Origin: Macrostomum lignano
Lineage: Eukaryota
Assembly: GCA_002269645.1 (NCBI GenBank)
Contig: NIVC01000227.1
Location: forward strand, 434,001 to 498,000
Reading direction: 5' to 3'
Length of the DNA: 64,000 bases
Shown here: positions 1-12,000 of the stretch, one piece after another
Layout: each line of letters begins with the position of its first letter
Numbering within the stretch: the stretch's first letter is position 1
Program-made: the position numbers and the translations under genes
Notes under the pieces: model-generated
What the model saw: the letters and a program-made list of their open reading frames with translations, nothing else
Told to the model about the DNA's origin: nothing
Databases searched by the model: none

Positions 1-3000
1 CCATGATCGCAGGAGACGAGGAGATTCACAAGATTCAGGGCCAGATTCTAAACGGAATGAGCGAGATGCAGAGTCTAGTTGCTCAGGCTATTAGCTACTG
101 GGATAAATTCCGAGAAATCTGGGAGGTAGAGAAAGACCAGTTCTTCGAAGTCTACAAGAAGGGCAACCCGAAGGTGGCATCCTTCGACGCTGACATAGGT
201 CGCTACTCGGAGGTGGCGACAAGCGTGATGGACAGCGACGCCATGGTGACGACCAAGTTCCTGCAGCTGGACTACACCCAACTGAAGATGTCAATCACCA
301 CTGATTGCAAAGAGTGGCAGAACCGCTTGACGCGGCTGCTATTGGACATCTCGTCGGACAACCTCATGGCATTCCACAAGTACTTGAAGGACATGAGCGA
401 GAATGTTTGCCGACCGCCGCAGACCCTGGACGAGCTGGGAGATGCCTTGCAGCTGTGGGAGAAGCTGGACAGTGAAACTCCAGAACTGGAGGAGAAGATC
501 TACCCACTGGAGGAGCCGTTCGAGATTCTGGAGAAGTACGAAGTGCCCATTGGAGACGACATCATGGAAGTGCGCTACAATCTGAAGCACCAGTGGGACC
601 AGTTTAAGGAGACCATGGTGCACGCGGAGGAGATGCTCCGAAAGCACAAAGAAAAGTTCAAGTCCAGTAAGTTAAAACTCAAATTTTCAAACTCAAACTA
701 AAGTTTTAAAAGTTTTGAATGATTCTAACCAATTCCACACTTACTTCACAGATCTCATTTCACAGTCCGAGGACTTCAAGAAGTCAGTCAGCAGTCTGGT
801 GGACGAGTTCGCAACAACTGGTCCGTTTACATCGGCAGTGAACACCAAGGAGGCACTGGCGAGCATCACGAGGTTCAAAGAGCAACTGGCCGCGCTAAAG
901 GAACAGGAGGCCAACTTGAGGAAGGGACTCAACATCTTCAAGATTGAGCAGCCGCCAAACAAGGACATTGCCGCGCTGGAGAAGGTTCGTATCATACTAC
1001 TTACTACTATAGGCATTTTTACTAAAGCTGACGCATACTAACACAGTTATTAGTTCTTGTATCGTAAAAAATCCCATAAACTATAAAGAGTTTTCGTCTG
1101 AGAACCGCGACAACCCGAACCATGCTGACAACGGTGATTGAGAACGCCGAGACCGTGGACCCGTCAGCTACGGGAAGTCACTCGGAGTCGCGGCGAACAT
1201 CGATGCACAGCATGGACTCTGTAGTCTCGATTGAGGGCGAACAGGTGGTCATTAAGAACTACGACCACGTGCCCAGCCCGTTTATGGTGCCAATCAACGC
1301 CGTGATGCGCGACATCAAGGCGCTGAACGATCTACCCATGGGAGTCACGCCCGAACCGGAGCTTCTTGGCCTGACTGCCGACACCGAGCGATCGTCGGAT
1401 TTTGTCGCCACAAGTGTGGTCAACCCGGAGTTCGAATCGATGGTGTCCACTTTGAACACCGAGCCGATGCCAGATCCGTCAATGATTCAGCAAGTATGGA
1501 TGAGGTCATACGAGAGGCCGTTTCCTCCGTTCACAATGGATCGAGGTGTCGACAGATTTCACCAGTTCGTCCATCGGCACCATGATTCCATGATTTTTTC
1601 TTCGCAATGTCACCAAGTTTTTTATTCAGCCGTCACCGTTATTATTTGAGTCTTCACAGGTGTTTTCAAATTTTGCATAGGCCGTGTGGTGGTCACAAAT
1701 ATTTGAATGATTCATTGTTTCACAAGTCCATTTCATCTTGCTACCGATTTACCCAGAAATTATAGAGGTATATTCGTCGTATAATTTCAGGACCTTGAGT
1801 CGGTGGAGAAGGTTTGGATGCTGCGGGACGAATGGGAAGAAAACTGGAACAGGTGGAAGAGCGGCCGTTTCGTCAACCTCAAAGCATCCGAGATGGAAGA
1901 TGTGGCTAACAATGTGTACAGGAATCTGTACAAGCTCAGTCGCGAGCTGAAGGACAAGAACTGGGAAGTTGTGGAGACCAGCCGCGTGCGGGTCGACCAG
2001 TTCAGGAAGACGATGCCGCTCATCACCGACCTGAGAAACGACGCGATGAGAGCGCGTCACTGGGCTACGATCAAGGTGAGCGATTGCTTTTACCAATACG
2101 CATCCTATCGTTTAGTTACTCAATGCAAATTCAGCAGCTGACAATTTGCGCAATTTATTGAATTTCTACAGGAGGAGATGAACAAACCATTCGACGAAGA
2201 CGCTGAAGACTTCACCCTGGAGAAGATCATCGAGCTGGGCTTCGATGCCCACGCCGAGCTGGTCAACGAGATCTCCACGGCAGCGCGCAAGGAGCTTGAG
2301 ATTGAGAATCGCATCATCGACTTGGAGAAGACTTGGGAGCGAGTTGATCTGGACATTGTGCCACACAAAGACAAGGGTCACTTCAAGGTCAGATCGACTG
2401 AAGAGATTTACCAGACGCTGGAGGACAACCAGGTGCAACTGTCAACAATGAAGCGTCCAGGTTTGTGAAGCCATTCGAGCACCAGTGGACCAGTGGGAGC
2501 GCGACCTGTCGCATATTTTGGAGACGCTGGAAACCTGCAGGTGTGCAGCGACAGTGGCTGTACCTGGAGAACATCTTCCTTGGCGAGGACATTCGCAAGC
2601 AGCTTCCGAAAGAGACCAGCGACTTTGATTCCATCAACAGCCAGTGGAAGGTCATCATGACTGACATCAACAAGGAGAAGAACGCTAAACGCAGCACCAA
2701 GAAGGCTGGCGTGCTGGAGACACTCAACGGAATGAACGACAAGCTGGAAGGTATCCAGAAATCGCTCGACATGTACTTGGAAACCAAGCGGCAGATCTTC
2801 CCCGATTCTACTTCATCTCCAATGACGACCTGCTGGAGATCCTCGGCCAGAGCAAGAACCCAGAGGCCATCCAGCCGCACTTCAAGAAGTGCTTCGACAA
2901 CATCGTGCGACTCACAATTAAGAAGGTGAGACTACGATAATGATGCTAAAAGTTGCAGACCTTGAATGATTTAACGATACGCTGGGCCCTCTTAATCTAT

Positions 3001-6000
3001 TGATTTACGTTAAGCAATCTATCGACTCTGTTAATTTTCAAAAAATTACAGGAAACCTACATCTGGAATGTTCTGGTTAGCATTAATTTCCTAAAAATAT
3101 CACAAAAATGTTTTTTTAAGTTCACGGACTGTAGGATTTTATTATTTGAGTTGTCGCTTTTTAGGAAAAAATCTAATTTACGTGTCTCTTCGTCAGGACA
3201 TTCGTCACCGGTTTTTTACTTTCTTCAAGTTTCACTACGTCACAAATCTTTATTAATCATCGAATAGCGATATAAAACTCCAAAAACTTTCAAATAATCG
3301 ACAGAACAACGTCCAGGGCTGGGAGGCCTCCCGAATGCACGCAGACGACGGCGAATTCGTCGACTTTGAGAAGCCGCTTCGCCTTGAAGGTCCGGTGGAG
3401 AGCTGGATGAAGGAGATCGAGGACACGATGCGGGTCACTCTGAGAAACTGCCTTCGGGAGACGCGAACCAATCTGAAGAAGATGCTGAGCAAGAGAGACA
3501 AGTGGCTCAGGGAGAACAAAGGCCAAATGTGCATCACCTCCAGCCAGATCCAGTGGACGCAGGATGTCATGAAGGCCCTCAGTCTGGTAAAAGAACGCAA
3601 CGACAAGAAACCGCTCAGATCGCTGAAGAAGAAGCAGGTGGTGATGCTGAGCAAGTTCTCCGAGATGATCAGGAAGGACTTGGATCCGCTGGACCGGAAA
3701 AAGGTGAACGCCCAGGTGATTATCGAAGTTCACCAGCGCGACATCATCGAGAGGCTGTACAAAGCAGGCGTGAGCGACATCAACTCGTTTGATTGGCTGG
3801 CGCAGCTGCGCTTCTTCTGGGACAAAGACCTGGATGATTGCGTAATCAAGCAGACAAATACTCAGTTCGAGTACGGCTATGAGTACCTTGGCAACAGCGG
3901 TCGACTGGTCATCACGCCGCTGACAGATCGCTGCTACATCACCCTGACCACTGCGCTGCACCTCAACCGAGGAGGCTCTCCGAAGGGACCCGCTGGTACG
4001 GGAAAGACTGAGACAACCAAGGATCTTGGCAAGGCTCTGGGCATGTACGTCATTGTGGTGAACTGCAGCGAAGGCCTCGACTACAAGTCGATGGGTCGGA
4101 TGCTCTCCGGCTTGGCCCAGACCGGCGCCTGGGGCTGCTTTGACGAGTTCAACCGGTGCGTTTCCATGAAATCAGAATTGACTTTGGTTGCCATTTTAGA
4201 AATGGGTCTGAAATTTCACTGCCATTTCCTATACGAGTGTAATGTATGTTACTCCAGTCGACTCTAATAAAAATGACTATAATTTTGAATGGTCTCCCAA
4301 CGTAAACCATTTTAGCATCAACATCGAGGTGTTGTCCGTAGTTGCCAAGCAGATCCTGAGCATTCTGAGTGCATTGGCCACAGCCGGCCCCAACACGCCA
4401 GTGAGCAAGTTCCTATTTGAAGGCTCGTCGATCAACCTGCGCAAAACCGTTGGCATCTTCATCACGATGAACCCTGGCTACGCTGGACGCACAGAGCTTC
4501 CGGACAATCTGAAGTCCATGTTTCGCCCGATCTCCATGGTGGTGCCCGACTCCACCATGATCGCGGAGATCACTCTGTTTGCTGAAGGGTTCGGAAACAC
4601 GAAAATCCTGGCTAAGAAGGTGCGTTTTATTGTTGCAGATAACAGGGAACACACGGGCCGAACGTATTGAGGGATTAAGCGAATCCTGGGACAAATGAAT
4701 GCGGTTGAACAAATTTACCAAAGTGGATTCGCTTCATCAAAGGTTCTGTTTCAAGTTCGACACCCCAGTTTACTCAGTGTAACTGTGTCAAAATATATAT
4801 TCTTCAGATAGAGTATTATCAGGTGAATTTAACATTAATGTTTTTGACAATATAGACTATTTAAAGTGTCCTCAATTTGTTGGTTGCATCTTAGTTCACT
4901 GTAGGAGCTCTAGACTTTATTTCCATAGCTCTACTCAAGAGAAAAAACCCTCCTAACCCTCGCAGGTGTTCACCCTGTACAGTCTGGCCGTGCAGAAGCT
5001 GTCCAAGCAGGACCACTACGACTTCGGCCTGCGCGCCCTGGTCTCCGTGCTCCGCTACGCCGGCAGGAAGAAGCGAGCGAACCCGGGCACGCCGGACGAA
5101 GAGATTCTGCTGCTGTCCATGAACGACATGAACCTCGCCAAGCTGACCGCAGTGGATCTGCCCCTGTTCAAAGGCATCGTGTCTGACCTGTTCCCCGGAG
5201 TGGACGCGCCTGTCATGGACTACGCCAAGTTCAAAGACAAAGTCGAGGCCATGTGCGACCAGGCCAATCTGGTGCGAACGAAGTTCACCGTGGAGAAGGT
5301 GATCCAGCTGTTTGAGACCAAGAACAGCCGGCACAGTACCATGCTTGTGGGCAAAACTCTCTCGGCCAAGTCGGTCACCTGGCAGTTGCTAAGGGACACC
5401 TTGACTGCCCTGGCCAAGGACGGCGAACCGGGCTACGTTCCCGCCAAGGAGTACGTCATCAACCCGAAGGCGGTGTCGTTGGGCGAGCTGTACGGCGAGA
5501 TCGATCTGTCCAGCAACGAGTGGACCGACGGTGTGCTGTCCAGCGTTATGCGATACACCTGCGCAGGTGAGTTCATTTTGAGCTGTAGCAGTGTGTTTGA
5601 TAAAGAGACACCTGAGAAACCCTAACCTCTTACCAGGGGCTAATTTGCTTTGAAATTTTGAGTCACTTCGAATCTCTCTTCTAAAACCGAATTTTAGGCT
5701 TCAAAGAAGGTAAGATTTTAAAATTAACACTGTTTAGACTTAGACAAAGCAATTTCTTTTGTTATAATTCTCTCGAAAAGCAACATTTACTATTCGCGTT
5801 ATTATTTACTATTAGAAATTTGCTATTTAACTTAATCGAATTATATACATTTACAAACGGTTCAAAGGTCACATTTTTGTTATGCATGAGCGATGGGTTA
5901 CATTCAAATCTTCAGGAACCATGGCTTACATACAAACTTTCAAGAGCACTGACATTTCTTGCATTTTGTTTACACATTCATTCTGCTTACGTTTTCTTTT

Positions 6001-9000
6001 TATTACTCTAAAGGCATCAAGCATAGCTATAGAATTGTGAAGTGGCTCATGCACTGTCGTCAGAACGTGGACTCTTCTCCAAAGACTTAGAGCAGCGTTA
6101 ATGCTGATGCACTTTATTGTTTTCTATATTGCCTTAAGGCTCAAACATGCTTTTAGGAAACAAACAAGAGAGCGGTGCTCTAAAATATACGAATGCCTGT
6201 AGAGAGATAGGACATAGACAAAAAGCGAAACTTGAAGGGAACGAGAGAGTCAGTAAGAGAATTAATAGTAGTACATCAATGCGCGCGTTGATAGGAGGCA
6301 TTCTCTCAATGCACAACATGCCCCTTCTTCAGAAGCTGCTTACAACCATGACCTATATGTATGGGTTATATCAATAAAGTATAAAATTTCATGAGTAACT
6401 TTTAGAGTGGGAAAACATATCTTATTCAGTTCATTGTTAACAGGCAAGGTAGTTATTGTTCACTACAACTCATGAGAATGCTATGGGGTGAATCTCTCGG
6501 GAGGTCGACGGTCTCGCAAACTTCGTCTCAGTTGGGCCTGCTGTTGGTCATCGGGCGGTACGTCTGCATTGGATGTGGGAACAGCATCTTCATCATCGTC
6601 ATCGGCGTCTGAAGGCTGGTTTTGAGGCGCCAGCTGATTAGTGCTAGCTAACTGCAACCGACTGTCAGCGAGAACCCACGCCGTGTTCCTGCCTGCAGTC
6701 ATCACAAAGGTCGCGGGGGTGCCTGACGACGATTCATGTGGTTTGTAGTGGACCGTCTCCCCCTGAACGAAAGGACTACGGGCACGCGCAGTCGTCTGCC
6801 AAAGACCAATTCCGCCGGGCATTTACCTCGGGACATGGACGAATTGCGATGGTGGAAAAGTATCTTCTGAAGGAAGCGGAGAAACTCCATGTGGGTGACG
6901 CGCTCGGTCCACGCTCTCAACGCCGTCTTGACAGTACGAACTGCCCGCTCCGCCGATCCATTTGCCTGAGGGTAGTACGGAGGCGACTCCAATTTCCGAA
7001 CGCCGTTGGCGCGTAGGAATGAGGATAGGGGATCACCAGTAAACTCAGGTGCGTTGTCCGACACAAGTAGTTCGGGTACACCAAATCGAGAAAACACGGT
7101 AATTAGGGACCGAACAACACTATCTCCTGATCTGTCACGCGACGGAAAAGCTTCTATCCATCCTGAAAACGTATCGACGACAATTAGGATATTTCCAATG
7201 TCCTTTACATACGCCCAATCGATGTGGATCCGCTGGAAAGGAAAAGTAGATGCTGGCCAAGTGTCTCTTTCTTTGAGCAGTCGCGGTCGTAGCTGATTGC
7301 ATCCAGAACATCGACGCACAAATTGTTCAACATCAAGCCGCATCCCAGGCCACCAACACGATGAGGCTAGTAGATTGTAAGAGGCTTGCGCGCCCAAGTG
7401 CGTGTCGTGAATAGTGTTAAAGGCTTCGAGACGTAGGCGAGGCGGAATAAAGATGCGTCTCTGCTTGAATAGCAGGCCAGTTTCCATAGTGAGGCGATCC
7501 GCGACTTTTTTGAATGGGGATTCCGCCTGAGAGCACTTCGACCAGTCTCCAGAGCGCACGCGCTGAATTATCTTCTGAACAAGAGGGTCAGAATCCATCT
7601 CCGCCAGTATACGCTTAGAGTCAATGGTTGAGGTTTCGAATACCACGCAGTTGATCGCATCAGAAATTTCCTTTGGATCGGGCGACGCTTTAGTGAAACG
7701 CAGGCGGGAAAGTGCGTCGGCATGGGGAATTTGAGGACCACTAACATATTGAATTTGGAAGTCATACTGCATAAGCGCAAGCGCCCAGCGACCAATTCTA
7801 GCCGAGGTGTGCGTGGGCACCTCGCCACCAAAGAGGCGAAGTAGCGGCTGATGATCTGTCTGGATAGTAAAATTTCTTCCTAGGAGGTACTGTCTTAGGC
7901 GATTGATTGCCCAGAAAACTGCAAGCGCCTCGCGCTCAATGTTTGAGTAGTTTTCCTCAGCTTTTGATAACGTTCTCGAAACATAGATGATGGGATGTCC
8001 TTCCTGCGTGAGGACGCCAGCCACGGCACATTTGGAGGCATCGGTAGTCAAAGTGACTGGTTTCTCTAAACTGTACGGCCTTATGACAGGAGCGGAGCTA
8101 ATCTCACGCTTCAGATTTTCAAATTACTCAGAGCAACGGGAATCCCAGACAAACGCTGTGCTAGCCTTGCGAAGATTGTTTAACGCGCGTGTTTTAGCGG
8201 TGAAATTTGGGATTAGTCGGCCGAAAAAGTTGACGAGACCCAGAAACTGCGATACCTCTTGCTTGTTTGCGGGCGTAGCGATTTGGCGAACCTTTTCGCG
8301 TTATTATTTACTATTAGAAATTTGCTATTTAACTTAATCGAATTATATACATTTACAAACGGTTCAAAGGTCACATTTTTGTTATGCATGAGCGATGGGT
8401 TACATTCAAATCTTCAGGAACCATGGCTTACATACAAACTTTCAAGAGCACTGACATTTCTTGCATTTTGTTTACACATTCATTCTGCTTACGTTTTCTT
8501 TTTATTACTCTAAAGGCATCAAGCATAGCTATAGAATTGCACAGTGCTTCTTAATCTACAATACATCATATACTATGAGCTGTATATAGAGAAAAGTTCT
8601 GACTACTCAAGTAAGATAGAATTAAAATGCTCCTCTGTATGAAAATGCCCCCCGTCCAGACGAGAAAGACGATCAGAAGTGGATTCTGTTTGACGGGCCT
8701 GTCGACGCCTTGTGGATCGAGTCGATGAACAGCGTTATGGACGACAACAAGATTCTCACGCTGATCAATGGAGAGCGAATTTCTATGCCAGCCCAGGTGA
8801 GAAATTATGCACATTGGACATTAATGTGTGCTAATCAAACGTAATAAGAAATAAAATACCTTCATGTACGTTTTTGTCGAATGATTACAACCAATTAAAC
8901 AAGCATAGAACGATATTAAGACACACAGAGGCAGAGACTTAGAGCAGCTGGGTCGGCAAACTTTTTTTACCTCAAGGGCCAGACAGAGAACCTAGCTAAT

Positions 9001-12000
9001 GGCTGCGGCCAGATGAGAGAGGAATGGAGAAGGAATAGAGGAAAGAGAGGAGAGAAGAGAGGAAAGATGAAAGACGAGATGAGAAGAGAGAGAAGAAGAG
9101 GTGAGCGAGGGGAGAAAATAGAAGAGGGAAGAGATGACGGACGTAAGAGAGTTGAGACCTTGAGCGGGCCGGATTGCCATTGTGAAGTTTCAAAGGACCC
9201 GAGGGCTGGATAGAGAGACTTCGAGGGCTGCATGTGGCCCGCGGGCGGAGTTTGTCGACCCTTATTCTAGATATCAAAATAGATCTCTTCAGGAGAGACA
9301 CAATCGCACAGGTATCGCTGCTATTCGAAGTCGAGGACCTGGCGGTGGCCAGTCCGGCCACAGTGTCCCGTTGCGGCATGGTGTACAACGACTTCAACGA
9401 CCTCGGCTGGCAGCCGTTCGTCGAGTCCTGGCTGCGCAAAAAGAAGGACAAACTGCTGGTAGAGGAGCTTCGACGCCTGTTCGAGAAGTACATTGAAAAG
9501 ATGCAGGAGCTGGTGCGCACCAGCTGCTCCGAGCTGATCCCGATCGCCCCGATGAACGGCGTTGTCAGCCTGACCCGTCTGCTCGACGTGCTCGGCACGC
9601 CCGAGAACGGTTTGGACTCGAACGATACAGAGAACTTCAGCCGCATGGCGGAGCTGTGGTTCCAGTTCTGCATGATCTGGTCCGTGTGCGCCTCTGTTGA
9701 CGAGGACGGTCGCAAGAAGATCGACACCTACTTGCGCGAGGCGGACGCCAGCTTTCCGAACAAGGACACTGTTTACGAGTACTATGTTGACGTGAAGAAC
9801 AAGTCCTGGGTGCACTGGGAGGAGCAGCTTCGAGGCGGATGGAAGTACAATCCCAACCTGCCCTTTTACAAACTGGTTGTGCCAACGGTAGACACCGTTC
9901 GTTATTCTTACCTGACGCAGAAGCTTGTGGAGAAGAAGTATCCGGTGATGCTCGTGGGTCCTGTTGGCACCGGCAAGACCTCTGTTGCGACAGGCGTGGT
10001 AGAGAAGCTCGACCCTAGCAAGTGGTCCTTGTTGACCATCAACATGTCCGCACAGACTACCAGCAATAACGTGCAGGAAATCATTGAGGGTCGCGTCGAG
10101 AAGCGAACCAAGGGCACTTTTGTGCCGGTGGGCGGCAAGAGTCTTCTGACCTTCATGGACGATTTCAACATGCCCGCCAAGGACACCTACGGCTCGCAGC
10201 CGCCGCTGGAGCTCATCAAGCAGTGGATCGACTACGGCATGTGGTACGACCGAAAGCGGCAGACAGTGAAGTACGTGCAGGGCATGTTCCTGCTGGGCGC
10301 GATGGGACCTCCAGGCGGTGGACGAACTGTGATCTCGCGCCGGCTGCAGAGCAAGTTCAACCAGATCAACATGACTTTCCCGAGCGAGAGCAACCTGAAG
10401 CGCATTTTTGGCAGCATGATCAGCCAGAAGTTGCAAGACTTCGAAGAAGACATCAAACCGGTAGGAGAGGTCGTCACCCAAGCTACGATCGATCTCTACT
10501 ACGCAGTGTGCCAGAAGTTCCTGCCAACGCCGTTGAAAATTCACTATCTGTTCAACTTGCGCGACATCTCCAAGGTGTTTCAGGGCATGCTGCGTGCCAA
10601 CAAGAGCTTCCACGACACCAGGGCGGCGATCACTCGACTGTGGATCCACGAATGCTTTCGCGTCTTCGCCGACAGGCTGGTTGACGATAACGACAAGCAC
10701 GCGTTTGTAGAACTCCTGTCAGAGAAGCTGGGCGTACTGTTTGATCAGACATTCCACAACATCTGCCCGAACAAGCAGCCACCAATCTTTGGCGACTATC
10801 TCAACGTCGACCTGGTGTACGAAGACATCACAGATATGGAAAAGCTGAAGAAGCACATGGCCGAGATGCTCAAAGAGTACAACGAGACGCCGGGCATTAT
10901 CTCCATGGATCTGGTGCTGTTCAGGGACGCCATTGAGCACAGTAAGTTGTACCTGGTAACAAAGACGACAAGTAGTTTTTCCTAAATATTTTATTTAACA
11001 TTTTGAAGAAAACTAAACGATTCCTTCTCAATTTTCCCTTTCAGTCTCGAAGATCATTCGCTACATCCGTCAGCCCCGTGGCAACATGCTGCTCATCGGA
11101 ATTGGCGGCAGCGGCCGTCAAAGCCTTGCCCGTCTGGCCGCCTTCATCTGCGAGTACAAGACCTTCCAGATCGAGGTTACTAAGCACTACAGGAAGCAGG
11201 AGTTCAGAGACGGTAAGGAATGAAGAAGAGAAAGGCCAATTTAAGAACGGAAAACGTGACACAACTCATTGCCCCATGCACTAAACCTTGCAGACATTAA
11301 GAGTCTCTACCGCCAGTCTGGCGTGGAGAACAAGCGAACCACTTTCCTGTTTAGCGACACCCAAGTGGTGGAAGAGAGCTTCCTTGAAGACATCAACAAC
11401 ATGCTAAGCTCTGGAGAGGTGCCAAATCTCTTCAAACCGGACGAGATCGAGGAGATGCGCGGCGCACTGGCGCCCGAGGCCAAGAAGGAGGGCATCGACG
11501 ACACCCCAGCCAACATGTTCAACTTCCTGATCGAGCGAGCTCGAGCCAACCTGCACGTCATCCTGTGCATGAGCCCGGTTGGCGAGGCCTTCCGCAACCG
11601 GATCCGGATGTACCCCGCCTTCGTGAACTGCACGACTATCGACTGGTTCTCCGAGTGGCCGCCAGATGCGCTGCTGGAGGTGGCGGACCGCTACCTGGCA
11701 GACCTGCAGTTCGGAAACACAGAAGAGGTGAGGGAATTTACTAGTTAGTTTGTGGGTACTTCAACGCTATCTTAGAATTCGATAAGTCAAATAAAATTTA
11801 TTTGCGATTGATCAAAACCAACCATTTCAGGAAATCAAGCAATTTGTAGGTGGACCAAAATGTTTGGTATTTGTTAAAATGATTTGAAAATCTAACAAAT
11901 GTGGCTTGCTCAAACAAGTGTGAATATTTTAAACGATAATCTGCATGGGTCCGCTTTTGATTAAGCATAATTGTTAATTCTAAACAGCAGGTCTGTTTTG

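Noticed and set aside
5793-8539. 245-bp direct repeats as the LTRs of the Gypsy element
   Set aside because: No TG...CA ends and no PBS; RT is cut mid-domain at the repeat, and a separate TG...CA LTR candidate lies inside.
9321-10700. Long antisense ORFs over dynein and clathrin exons (e.g. 459 aa at 9321-10700; 229 aa at 58271-58960)
   Set aside because: Shadow ORFs expected from GC3-rich codon usage on the sense strand; no independent motifs or splice signals.
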